From the NCBI RefSeq assembly GCF_009914755.1, contig NC_060939.1: a stretch of 64,000 nucleotides of DNA, one strand, 5' to 3'. Made by a program: the position numbers and the translations under genes. Positions 1-14,339 of the stretch are shown piece by piece; positions within the stretch are counted from its first letter, which is position 1, and the number at the start of each line of letters is the position of its first letter. The notes below the pieces were generated by a model. That model did not search any database. It had not been told where the DNA came from and saw only the letters and a program-made list of their open reading frames with translations. The stretch comes from the human T2T-CHM13v2.0 reference genome, Homo sapiens.

Positions 1-122
1 ATTCGATTCCATTCCATACTATTGCATTCCATTCGATTACATTATATTCGAATAAGTTCCATTCAAGACCATTTCTTTTGAGTCCATTCTATTTGAGTCC
101 ATTCCCTTTGATTCCATAACAT

Positions 123-3100
123 TTGAGTCCATTCAATTCCATTCCTTTCGTTTCCATTCCATTTGATGCCATTCCATTCAATTCTGTTCTACTCGACTCC
201 AATACATTCAATTCCATTCCATCCGATTCCATTACATTCTTTTCATTTCTTATCCATTTCAAGCCATTCCACTCCATTCCATTCCACTCGTTTCCTTTCC
301 ATTCGAGTCCATTCCTCTCCAGTCCATTCCGTTCAATCCATTCCATTCCAGTCCATTCCATTCGAGTCCGTTCCATTCCAGTCCATTCCATTCGAGTCAA
401 TTCCATTCCATTCGATGTCTTTCCATAACGATCCATTCCATTCTATTCCTTTCGATTCCATTCCATTCTATTTCATTCCATTCGATTCCCTTCCATTGGA
501 CTCCTTTCCATTCGAGTGCATTCCATTCCGTTCCATTTCTTTCCGTTCTGTACGATTCCTACCGTTCGATTTCATTTTGTTCCAGTCCATTCCTTTTGCG
601 TCCATTCCATTCCATTTCACTCCATTCGATTCCATTCCACTCGATTCCACTTCGTTCCATTTCATTGCATTCCATTCTATTCAACTCTATTGCCTTCCAT
701 TCCATTCCATTCGATTACATTCCATGCGATTCCATTCGAAATCGAATCAATTACATTGCAATCCATTACAATTGAGTCCGTTTTATTCCAGTCCACTGCA
801 TTCTGGTCCATTCCATTTGATTCCATTCCATTCTATTCCATTCCATACAGTTGCATTCCATTGGATTCCATTCTATATCTATAAATTCAATTCGAGACCA
901 TTGCTTTTGAGTCCATTCTATATGATTCCATTCCATTCAAGTCCATTACATTTGGTTCAATTCCATTCCATTCCATTCCCTTCCATTCCATTCCAGTTGA
1001 TATCAATCCATTCGATTCCATTCCATTCGAGCACATTCCATTCGAGTCCATTCCATTCGATGCCATTCCATTTGATTCTATTCCATTAGTCTCCATTCAA
1101 TTCCATTAATCTCCATTCCATTCCATTCTACTCCAACTGATTCCATTCCATTCTATTCCTTTCCATTCCATTTCATTCCATTCCATTCCATTTCATTCCA
1201 TTCCATTCCATTCGCTTCCATTCCATTCGTGTCCATTCCACTCCAGTCCATTCCATTCGTGTCCATTCCATTCCAGTCCATTCCATTTGTGTCCACTGCA
1301 TTCCATTCCACTCCATTCCATATTATTCCATTACACTCCCTTCCATTCTATTACTTTCATTTCCATTCATTTCCATTCCATTTGATTCCATTCCACTCGG
1401 TTTCATTCCATTTGAGTCCACTCCATTCCATTCCATTCCATTCCATTCAGTTCCATTCCATTCTGTTCCATTCCATTCCGTTCCATTGCATTCCATTCCA
1501 TTCGGTACCATTCCATATTGTTCCATTTGATTCCATTCGAATCCATTCCATTCCAGTCCATTCCATTCGATTCCATTCCATTCCTTTCAATTCCATTCCA
1601 TTCCATTCCATTCCACTTGATTCCACTCCATTCCCTTCCACTGCATTCCATTCGATTCCATTCCATTGCATTGCATTCCATTCCATTGGACTGCATTTCA
1701 TTCGATTCCATTCCATGCGAATCAATTACATAGCAATCCATTACATTCGAGTCTATTCTATTCCGTTCCATTCGATTTCGTTCCAATCCATTCGATTCCA
1801 TTCCATTCGATTCCATTCCATACTATTGCATTCCATTCTATTACATTATATTCGAATAAGTTCCATTCAAGACCATTTCTTTTGAGTCCATACTATTTGA
1901 GTCCATTCCCTTTGATTCCATAACATTTGAGTCCATTCAATTCCATTCCTTTCGTTTCCATTCCATTTGATGCCATTCCATTCAATTCTGTTCTACTCGA
2001 CTCCAATACATTCAATTCCATTCCATCCGATTCCATTACATTCTTTTCATTTCTTATCCATTTCAAGCCATTCCACTCCATTCCATTCCACTCGTTTCCT
2101 TTCCATTCGAGTCCATTCCTCTCCAGTCCATTCCGTTCAATCCATTCCATTCCAGTCCATTCCATTCGAGTCCGTTCCATTCCAGACCATTCCAATCGAG
2201 TCAATTCCATTCCATTCGATGTCTTTCCATAACGATCCATTCCATTCTATTCCTTTCGATTCCATTCCATTCTATTTCATTCCATTTGATTCCCTTCCAT
2301 TGGACTCCTTTCCATTCGAGTGCATTCCATTCCGTTCCATTTCTTTCCGTTCTGTACGATTCCTACCGTTCGATTTCATTTTGTTCCAGTCCATTCCTTT
2401 CGCGTCCATTCCATTCCATTTCACTCCATTCGATTCCATTCCACTCGATTCCACTTCGTTCCATTTCATTGCATTCCATTCTATTCAACTCTATTGCCTT
2501 CCATTCCATTCCATTCGATTACATTCCATGCGATTCCATTCGAAATCGAATCAATTACATTGCAATCCATTACTATTGAGTCCGTTTTATTCCAGTCCAC
2601 TGCATTCTGGTCTATTCCATTTGATTCCATTCCATTCTATTCCATTCCATACAGTTGCATTCCATTGGATTCCATGCTATATCTATAAATTCAATTCGAG
2701 ACCATTGCTTTTGAGTCCATTCTATATGATTCCAATCCATTCAAGTCCATTACATTTGGTTGAATTCCATTCCATTCCATTCCCTTCCATTCCATTCCAG
2801 TTGATATCAATCCATTCGATTCCATTCCATTCGAGCACATTCCATTCGAGTCCATTCCATTCGATGCCATTCCATTTGATTCTATTCCATTAGTCTCCAT
2901 TCAATTCCATTAATCTCCATTCCATTCCATTCTACTCCAACTGATTCCATTCCATTCTATTCCTTTCCATTCCATTTCATTCCATTCTATTCCATTTCAT
3001 TCCATTCCATTCCATTCGTGTCCATTCCACTCCAGTCCATTCCATTCGTGTCCATTCCATTCCAGTCCATTCCATTTGTGTCCACTGCATTCCATTACAC

Positions 3101-6100
3101 TCCATTCCATATTATTCCATTACACTCCATTCCATTCTATTACTTTCATTTCCATTCAATTCCATTCCATTTGATTCCATTCCACTCGGTTTCATTCCAT
3201 TTGAGTCCACTCCATTCCATTCCATTCCATTCAGTTCCATTACATTCCATTCCATTCGGTACCATTCCATATTGTTCCATTCGATTCCATTCGAATCCAT
3301 TCCATTCCAGTCCATTCCATTCGATTCCATTCCATTCATTTCAATTCCATTCCATTCCATTCCATTACATTCCACTTGATTCCTCTCCATTCCCTTCCAC
3401 TGCATTCCGTTCGATTCCATTCCATTTCATTGCATTCCATTCCATTGGATTGCATTCCATTCGATTCCATTCCATTCGAATGAATTACATAGCAATCCAT
3501 TACATTCGAGTCTATTCTATTCCGTTCCATTCGATTTTGTTCCAATCCATTCGATTCCATTCCATTCGATTCCATTCCATACTATTGCATTCCATTCGAT
3601 TACATTATATTCGAATAAGTTCCATTCAAGACCATTTCTTTTGAGTCCATTCGATTTGAGTCCATTCCCTTTGATTCCATAACATTTGAGTCCATTCAAT
3701 TCCATTCCTTTCGTTTCCATTCCATTTGATGCCATTCCATTCAATTCTGTTCTACTCGACTCCAATACATTCAATTCCACTCCATCCGATTCCATTACAT
3801 TCTTTTCATTTCTTATCCATTTCAAGCCATTCCACTCCATTCCATTCCACTCGTTTCCTTTCCATTCGAGTCCATTCCTCTCCAGTCCATTCCGTTCAAT
3901 CCATTCCATTCCAGTCCATTCCATTCGAGTCCGTTCCATTCCAGTCCATTCCATTCGAGTCAATTCCATTCCATTCGATGTCTTTCCATAACGATCCATT
4001 CCATTCTATTCCTTTCGATTCCATTCCATTCTATTTCATTCCATTCGATTCCCTTCCATTGGACTCCTTTCCATTCGAGTGCATTCCATTCCGTTCCATT
4101 TCTTTCCGTTCTGTACGATTCCTACCGTTCGATTTCATTTTGTTCCAGTCCATTCCTTTTGCGTCCATTCCATTCCATTTCACTCCATTCGATTCCATTC
4201 CACTCGATTCCACTTCGTTCCATTTCATTGCATTCCATTCTATTCAACTCTATTGCCTTCCATTCCATTCCATTCGATTACATTCCATGCGATTCCATTC
4301 GAAATCGAATCAATTACATTGCAATCCATTACAATTGAGTCCGTTTTATTCCAGTCCACTGCATTCTGGTCCATTCCATTTGATTCCATTCCATTCTATT
4401 CCATTCCATACAGTTGCATTCCATTGGATTCCATTCTATATCTATAAATTCAATTCGAGACCATTGCTTTTGAGTCCATTCTATATGATTCCATTCCTTT
4501 CAAGTCCATTACATTTGGTTCAATTCCATTCCATTCCATTCCCTTCCATTCCATTCCAGTTGATATCAATCCATTCGATTCCATTCCATTCGAGCACATT
4601 CCATTCGAGTCCATTCCATTCGATGCCATTCCATTTGATTCTATTCCATTAGTCTCCATTCAATTCCATTAATCTCCATTCCATTCCATTCTACTCCAAC
4701 TGATTCCATTCCATTCTATTCCTTTCCATTCCATTTCATTCCATTCCATTCCATTTCATTCCATTCCATTCCATTCGCTTCCATTCCATTCGTGTCCATT
4801 CCACTCCAGTCCATTCCATTCGTGTCCATTCCATTCCAGTCCATTCCATTTGTGTCCACTGCATTCCATTCCACTCCATTCCATATTATTCCATTACACT
4901 CCCTTCCATTCTATTACTTTCATTTCCATTCATTTCCATTCCATTTGATTCCATTCCACTCGGTTTCATTCCATTTGAGTCCACTCCATTCCATTCCATT
5001 CCATTCCATTCAGTTCCATTCCATTCTGTTCCATTCCATTCCGTTCCATTGCATTCCATTCCATTCGGTACCATTCCATATTGTTCCATTTGATTCCATT
5101 CGAATCCATTCCATTCCAGTCCATTCCATTCGATTCCATTCCATTCCTTTCAATTCCATTCCATTCCATTCCATTCCACTTGATTCCACTCCATTCCCTT
5201 CCACTGCATTCCATTCGATTCCATTCCATTGCATTGCATTCCATTCCATTGGACTGCATTTCATTCGATTCCATTCCATGCGAATCAATTACATAGCAAT
5301 CCATTACATTCGAGTCTATTCTATTCCGTTCCATTCGATTTCGTTCCAATCCATTCGATTCCATTCCATTCGATTCCATTCCATACTATTGCATTCCATT
5401 CTATTACATTATATTCGAATAAGTTCCATTCAAGACCATTTCTTTTGAGTCCATTCTATTTGAGTCCATTCCCTTTGATTCCATAACATTTGAGTCCATT
5501 CAATTCCATTCCTTTCGTTTCCATTCCATTTGATGCCATTCCATTCAATTCTGTTCTACTCGACTCCAATACATTCAATTCCATTCCATCCGATTCCATT
5601 ACATTCTTTTCATTTCTTATCCATTTCAAGCCATTCCACTCCATTCCATTCCACTCGTTTCCTTTCCATTCGAGTCCATTCCTCTCCAGTCCATTCCGTT
5701 CAATCCATTCCATTCCAGTCCATTCCATTCGAGTCCGTTCCATTCCAGACCATTCCAATCGAGTCAATTCCATTCCATTCGATGTCTTTCCATAACGATC
5801 CATTCCATTCTATTCCTTTCGATTCCATTCCATTCTATTTCATTCCATTCGATTCCCTTCCATTGGACTCCTTTCCATTCGATTGCATTCCATTCCGTTC
5901 CATTTCTTTCCGTTCTGTACGATTCCTACCGTTCGATTTCATTTTGTTCCAGTCCATTCCTTTCGCGTCCATTCCATTCCATTTCACTCCATTCGATTCC
6001 ATTCCACTCGATTCCACTTCGTTCCATTTCATTGCATTCCATTCTATTCAACTCTATTGCCTTCCATTCCATTCCATTCGATTACATTCCATGCGATTCC

Positions 6101-7248
6101 ATTCGAAATCGAATCAATTACATTGCAATCCATTACTATTGAGTCCGTTTTATTCCAGTCCACTGCATTCTGGTCTATTCCATTTGATTCCATTCCATTC
6201 TATTCCATTCCATACAGTTGCATTCCATTGGATTCCATGCTATATCTATAAATTCAATTCGAGACCATTGCTTTTGAGTCCATTCTATATGATTCCAATC
6301 CATTCAAGTCCATTACATTTGGTTGAATTCCATTCCATTCCATTCCCTTCCATTCCATTCCAGTTGATATCAATCCATTCGATTCCATTCCATTCGAGCA
6401 CATTCCATTCGAGTCCATTCCATTCGATGCCATTCCATTTGATTCTATTCCATTAGTCTCCATTCAATTCCATTAATCTCCATTCCATTCCATTCTACTC
6501 CAACTGATTCCATTCCATTCTATTCCTTTCCATTCCATTTCATTCCATTCTATTCCATTTCATTCCATTCCATTCCATTCGTGTCCATTCCACTCCAGTC
6601 CATTCCATTCGTGTCCATTCCATTCCAGTCCATTCCATTTGTGTCCACTGCATTCCATTACACTCCATTCCATATTATTCCATTACACTCCATTCCATTC
6701 TATTACTTTCATTTCCATTCAATTCCATTCCATTTGATTCCATTCCACTCGGTTTCATTCCATTTGAGTCCACTCCATTCCATTCCATTCCATTCAGTTC
6801 CATTACATTCCATTCCATTCGGTACCATTCCATATTGTTCCATTCGATTCCATTCGAATCCATTCCATTCCAGTCCATTCCATTCGATTCCATTCCATTC
6901 ATTTCAATTCCATTCCATTCCATTCCATTACATTCCACTTGATTCCTCTCCATTCCCTTCCACTGCATTCCGTTCGATTCCATTCCATTTCATTGCATTC
7001 CATTCCATTGGATTGCATTCCATTCGATTCCATTCCATTCGAATCAATTACATAGCAATCCATTACATTCGAGTCTATTCTATTCCGTTCCATTCGATTT
7101 TGTTCCAATCCATTCGATTCCATTCCATTCGATTCCATTCCATACTATTGCATTCCATTCGATTACATTATATTCGAATAAGTTCCATTCAAGACCATTT
7201 CTTTTGAGTCCATTCTATTTGAGTCCATTCCCTTTGATTCCATAACAT
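123..7248 (+). repeat. Two copies of a 3563-bp A/B dimer (1804 + 1759 bp units)
   Basis: Unit lengths are 1804, 1759, 1804, 1759. A units carry the TTCGCTTCC 15-bp insertion, TTTGCGTCC and ATGCGAATC. B units carry CCAGACCATTCCAATCG, GGTCTATTCC and EcoRI GAATTC (2762, 6325). Confidence 0.93.
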
Positions 7249-10200
7249 TTGAGTCCATTCAATTCCATTCCTTTCGTTTCCATTCCATTTGATGCCATTC
7301 CATTCAATTCTGTTCTACTCGACTCCAATACATTCAATTCCACTCCATCCGATTCCATTACATTCTTTTCATTTCTTATCCATTTCAAGCCATTCCACTC
7401 CATTCCATTCCACTCGTTTCCTTTCCATTCGAGTCCATTCCTCTCCAGTCCATTCCGTTCAATCCATTCCATTCCAGTCCATTCCATTCGAGTCCGTTCC
7501 ATTCCAGTCCATTCCATTCGAGTCAATTCCTTTCCATTCGATGTCTTTCCATAACGATCCATTCCATTCTATTCCTTTCGATTCCATTCCATTCTATTTC
7601 ATTCCATTCGATTCCCTTCCATTGGACTCCTTTCCATTCGAGTGCATTCCATTCCGTTCCATTTCTTTCCGTTCTGTACGATTCCTACCGTTCGATTTCA
7701 TTTTGTTCCAGTCCATTCCTTTCGCGTCCATTCCATTCCATTTCACTCCATTCGATTACATTCCACTCGATTCCACTTCGTTCCATTTCATTGCATTCCA
7801 TTCTATTCAACTCTATTGCCTTCCATTCCATTCCATTCGATTACATTCCATGCGATTCCATTCGAAATCGAATCAATTACATTGCAACCCATTACAATTG
7901 AGTCCGTTTTATTCCAGTCCACTGCATTCTGGTCCATTCCATTTGATTCCATTCCATTCTATTCCATTCCATACAGTTGCATTCCATTGGATTCCATTCT
8001 ATATCTATAAATTCAATTCGAGACCATTGCTTTTGAGTCCATTCTATATGATTCCATTCCATTCAAGTCCATTACATTTGGTTCAATTCCATTCCATTCC
8101 ATTCCCTTCCATTCCATTCCAGTTGATATCAATCCATTCGATTCCATTCCATTCGAGCACATTCCATTCGAGTCCATTCCATTCGATGCCATTCCATTTG
8201 ATTCTATTCCATTAGTCTCCATTCAATTCCATTAATCTCCATTCCATTCCATTCTACTCCAACTGATTCCATTCCATTCTATTCCTTTCCATTCCATTTC
8301 ATTCCATTCCATTCCATTTCATTCCATTCCATTCCATTCGTGTCCATTCCACTCCAGTCCATTCCATTCGTGTCCATTCCATTCCAGTCCATTCCATTTG
8401 TGTCCACTGCATTCCATTCCACTCCATTCCATATTATTCCATTACACTCCATTCCATTCTATTACTTTCATTTCCATTCAATTCCATTCCATTTGATTCC
8501 ATTCCACTCGGTTTCATTCCATTTGAGTCCACTCCATTCCATTCCATTCCATTCCATTCAGTTCCATTCCATTCTGTTCCATTCCATTCCATTCCATTCG
8601 GTACTATTCCATAGTGTTCCATTCGATTCCATTCGAATCCATTCCATTCCACTCCTTTCCATTCGATTCCATTCCATTCATTTCAATTCCATTCCATTCC
8701 ATTCCATTCCATTCCACTTGATTCCTCTCCATTCCCTTCCACTGCATTCCGTTCGATTCCATTCCATTGCATTGCATTCCATTCCATTGGATTGCATTCC
8801 ATTCGATTCCATTCCATTCGAATCAATTACATAGCAATCCATTACATTCGAGTCTATTCTCTTCCGTTCCATTCGATTTCGTTCCAATCCATTCGATTCC
8901 ATTCCATTCGATTCCATTCCATACTATTGCATTCCATTCGATTACATTATATTCGAATAAGTTCCATTCAAGACCATTTCTTTTGAGTCCATTCTATTTG
9001 AGTCCATTCCCTTTGATTCCATAACATTTGAGTCCATTCAATTCCATTCCTTTCGTTTCCATTCCATTTGATGCCATTCCATTCAATTCTGTTCTACTCG
9101 ACTCCAATACATTCAATTCCATTCCATCCGATTCGATTACATTCTTTTCATTTCTTATCCATTTCAAGCCATTCCACTCCATTCCATTCCACTCGTTTCC
9201 TTTCCATTCGAGTCCATTCCTCTCCAGTCCATTCCGTTCAATCCATTCCATTCCAGTCCATTCCATTCGAGTCCGTTCCATTCCATTCGATGTCTTTCCA
9301 TAACGATCCATTCCATTCTATTCCTTTCGATTCCATTCCATTCTATTTCATTCCATTCGATTCCCTTCCATTGGACTCCTTTCCATTCGAGTGCATTCCA
9401 TTCCGTTCCATTTCTTTCCATTCTGTACGATTCCTACCGTTCGATTTCATTTTGTTCCAGTCCATTCCTTTCGCGTCCATTCCATTCCATTTCACTCCAT
9501 TCGATTCCATTCCACTCGATTCCACTTTGTTCCATTTCATTGCATTCCATTCTATTCAACTCTATTGCCCTCCATTCCATTCCATTCGATTACATTCCAT
9601 GCGATTCCATTCGAAATCGAATCAATTACATTGCAATCCATTACTATTGAGTCCGTTTTATTCCAGTCCACTGCATTCTGGTCCATTCCATTTGATTCCA
9701 TTCCATTCTATTCCATTCCATACAGTTGCATTCCATTGGATTCCATTCTATATCTATAAATTCAATTCGAGACCATTGCTTTTGAGTCCATTCTATATGA
9801 TTCCACTCCATTCAAGTCCATTACATTTGGTTCAATTCCATTCCATTCCATTCCCTTCCATTCCATTCCAGTTGATATCAATCCATTCGATTCCATTCCA
9901 TTCGAGCACATTCCATTCGAGTCCATTCCATTCGATGCCATTCCATTTGATTCTATTCCATTAGTCTCCATTCAATTCCATTAATCTCCATTCCATTCCA
10001 TTCTACTCCAACTGATTCCATTCCATTCTATTCCTTTCCATTCCATTTCATTCCATTCCATTCCATTTCATTCCATTCCATTCCATTCGTGTCCATTCCA
10101 CTCCAGTCCATTCCATTCGTGTCCATTCCATTCCAGTCCCTTCCATTTGTGTCCACTGCATTCCATTCCACTCCATTCCATATTATTCCATTACACTCCA

Positions 10201-13200
10201 TTCCATTCTATTACTTTCATTTCCATTCAATTCCATTCCATTTGATTCCATTCCACTCGGTTTCATTCCATTTGAGTCCACTCCATTCCATTCCATTCCA
10301 TTCCATTCAGTTCCATTCCATTCTGTTCCATTCCATTCCGTTCCATTACATTCCATTCCATTCGGTACCATTCCATATTGTTCTATTCGATTCCATTCGA
10401 ATCCATTCCATTCCAGTCCATTCCATTCGATTCCATTCCATTCATTTCAATTCCATTCCATTCCATTCCATTCCATTCCACTTGATTCCTCTCCATTCCC
10501 TTCCACTGCATTCCATTCGATTCCATTCCATTGCATTGCATTCCATTCCATTGGATTGCATTCCATTCGATTCCATTCCATTCGAATCAATTACATAGCA
10601 ATCCATTACATTCGAGTCTATTCTCTTCCGTTCCATTCGATTTCGTTCCAATCCATTCGATTCCATTCCATTCGATTCCATTCCATACTATTGCATTCCA
10701 TTCGATTACATTATATTCGAATAAGTTCCATTCAAGACCATTTCTTTTGAGTCCATTCTATTTGAGTCCATTCCCTTTGATTCCATAACATTTGAGTCCA
10801 TTCAATTCCATTCCTTTCGTTTCCATTCCATTTGATGCCATTCCATTCAATTCTGTTCTACTCGACTCCAATACATTCAATTCCATTCCATCCGATTCCA
10901 TTACATTCTTTTCATTTCTTATCCATTTCAAGCCATTCCACTCCATTCCATTCCACTCGTTTCCTTTCCATTCGAGTCCATTCCTCTCCAGTCCATTCCG
11001 TTCAATCCATTCCATTCCAGTCCATTCCATTCGAGTCCGTTCCATTCCAGTCCATTCCATTCGAGTCAATTCCATTCCATTCGATGTCTTTCCATAACGA
11101 TCCATTCCATTCTATTCCTTTCGATTCCATTCCATTCTATTTCATTCCATTCGATTCCCTTCCATTGGACTCCTTTCCATTCGAGTGCATTCCATTCCTT
11201 TCCATTTCTTTCCGTTCTGTACGATTCCTACCGTTCGATTTCATTTTGTTCCAGTCCATTCCTTTCGCGTCCATTCCATTCCATTTCACTCCATTCGATT
11301 CCATTCCACTCGATTCCACTTCGTTCCATTTCATTGCATTCCATTCTATTCAACTCTATTGCCTTCCATTCCATTCCATTCGATTACATTCCATGCGATT
11401 CCATTCGAAATCGAATCAATTACATTGCAATCCATTACTATTGAGTCCGTTTTATTCCAGTCCACTGCATTCTGGTCTATTCCATTTGATTCCATTCCAT
11501 TCTATTCCATTCCATACAGTTGCATTCCATTGGATTCCATGCTATATCTATAAATTCAATTCGAGACCATTGCTTTTGAGTCCATTCTATATGATTCCAT
11601 TCCATTCAAGTCCATTACATTTGGTTCAATTCCATTCCATTCCAGTTGATATCAATCCATTCGATTCCATTCCATTCGAGCACATTCCATTCGAGTCCAT
11701 TCCATTCGATGCCATTCCATTTGATTCTATTCCATTAGTCTCCATTCAATTCCATTAATCTCCATTCCATTCCATTCTACTCCAACTGATTCCATTCCAT
11801 TCTATTCCTTTCCATTCCATTTCATTCCATTCCATTCCATTTCATTCCATTCCATTCCATTCGTGTCCATTCCACTCCAGTCCATTCCATTCGTGTCCAT
11901 TCCATTCCAGTCCATTCCATTTGTGTCCACTGCATTCCATTCCTCTCCATTCCATATTATTCCATTACACTCCATTCCATTCTATTACTTTCATTTCCAT
12001 TCAATTCCATTCCATTTGATTCCATTCCACTCGGTTTCATTCCATTTGAGTCCACTCCATTCCATTCCATTCCATTCCATTCAGTTCCATTCCATTCTGT
12101 TCCATTCCATTCCGTTCCATTACATTCCATTCCATTCGGTACCATTCCATATTGTTCCATTCGATTCCATTCGAATCCATTCCATTCCAGTCCATTCCAT
12201 TCGATTCCATTCCATTCATTTCAATTCCATTCCATTCCATTCCATTCCATTCCACTTGATTCCTCTCCATTCCCTTCCACTGCATTCCGTTCGATTCCAT
12301 TCCATTGCATTGCATTCCATTCCATTGGATTGCATTCCATTCGATTCCATTCCATTCGAATCAATTACATAGCAATCCATTACATTCGAGTCTATTCTCT
12401 TCCGTTCCATTCGATTTCGTTCCAATCCATTCGATTCCATTCCATTCGATTCCATTCCATACTATTGCATTCCATTCGATTACATTATATTCGAATAAGT
12501 TCCATTCAAGACCATTTCTTTTGAGTCCATTCTATTTGAGTCCATTCCCTTTGATTCCATAACATTTGAGTCCATTCAATTCCATTCCTTTCGTTTCCAT
12601 TCCATTTGATGCCATTCCATTCAATTCTGTTCTACTCGACTCCAATACATTCAATTCCATTCCATCCGATTCCATTACATTCTTTTCATTTCTTATCCAT
12701 TTCAAGCCATTCCACTCCATTCCATTCCACTCGTTATCTTTCCATTCGAGTCCATTCCTCTCCAGTCCATTCCGTTCAATCCATTCCATTCCAGTCCATT
12801 CCATTCGAGTCCGTTCCATTCCAGTCCATTCCATTCGAGTCAATTCCATTCCATTCGATGTCTTTCCATAACGATCCATTCCATTCTATTCCTTTCGATT
12901 CCATTCCATTCTATTTCATTCCATTCGATTCCCTTCCATTGGACTCCTTTCCATTCGAGTGCATTCCATTCCGTTCCATTTCTTTCCGTTCGGTACGATT
13001 CCTACCGTTCGATTTCATTTTGTTCCAGTCCATTCCTTTCGCGTCCATTCCATTCCATTTCACTACATTCGATTCCATTCCATTCGATTCCATTCTACTC
13101 GATTCCACTTCGTTCCATTTCATTGCATTCCATTCTATTCAACTCTATTGCCTTCCATTCCATTCCATTCGATTACATTCCATGCGATTCCATTCGAAAT

Positions 13201-14339
13201 CGAATCAATTACGTTGAAATTCATTACTATTTAGTCCGTTTTATTCCAGTCCACTGCATTCTGGTCCATTCCATTTGATTCCATTCCATTCTATTCCATT
13301 CCATACAGTTGCATTCCATTGGATTCCATGCTATATCTATAAATTCAATTCGAGACCATTGCTTTTGAGTCCATTCTATATGATTCCATTCCATTCAAGT
13401 CCATTACATTTGGTTCAATTCCATTCCATTCCATTCCCTTCCATTCCATTCCAGTTGATATCAATCCATTCGATTCCATTCCATTCGAGCACATTCCATT
13501 CGAGTCCATTCCATTCGATGCCATTCCATTTGATTCTATTCCATTAGTCTCCATTCAACTCCATTAATCTCCATTCCATTCCATTCTACTCCAACTGATT
13601 CCATTCCATTCTATTCCTTTCCATTCCATTTCATTCCATTCCATTCCATTTCATTCCATTCCATTCCATTCGTGTCCATTCCACTCCAGTCCATTCCATT
13701 CGTGTCCATTCCATTCCAGTCCATTCCATTTGTGTCCACTGCATTCCATTCCACTCCATTCCATATTATTCCATTACACTCCATTCCATTCTATTACTTT
13801 CATTTCCATTCAATTCCATTCCATTTGATTCCATTCCACTCGGTTTCATTCCATTTGAGTCCACTCCATTCCATTCCATTCCATTCAGTTCCATTACATT
13901 CCATTCCATTCGGTACCATTCCATATTGTTCCATTCGATTCCATTCGAATCCATTCCATTCCAGTCCATTCCATTCGATTCCATTCCATTCATTTCAAGT
14001 CCATTCCATTCCATTCCATTACATTCCACTTGATTCCTCTCCATTCGCTTCCACTGCATTCCGTTCGATTCCATTCCATTGCATTGCATTCCATTCCATT
14101 GGATTGCATTCCATTCGATTCCATTCCATTCGAATCAATTACATAGCAATCCATTACATTCGAGTCTATTCTATTCCGTTCCATTCGATTTCGTTCCAAT
14201 CCATTCGATTCCATTCCATTCGATTCCATTCCATACTATTGCATTCCATTCGATTACATTATATTCGAATAAGTTCCATTCAAGACCATTTCCTTTGAGT
14301 CCATTCTATTTGAGTCCATTCCCTTTGATTCCATAACAT

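Noticed and set aside
89-436. Minus-strand (MEWNG)n ORFs
   Set aside because: These are the translation of GGAAT repeats, which supply an ATG every 5 bp. They are a known source of spurious hypothetical proteins.
735-760. Canonical HSF1 heat-shock element or DUX4 site at TTCGAAATCGAATCAATTAC
   Set aside because: The GAA/TTC triplets are not in the nGAAnnTTCnnGAAn spacing, and the homeodomain-like TAATTGATT match is partial. It cannot be supported from sequence alone.
163-1089. 308-aa + strand ORF (and the 101, 122, 208 and 218-aa ORFs) repeated in every unit
   Set aside because: The translation is (FHSIP)n, the automatic product of CATTC repeats, which contain no stop codons. There is no domain, no splice or promoter context, many starts are TTG/GTG, and copies are freely broken (stops at 13217, 37894, 45289).
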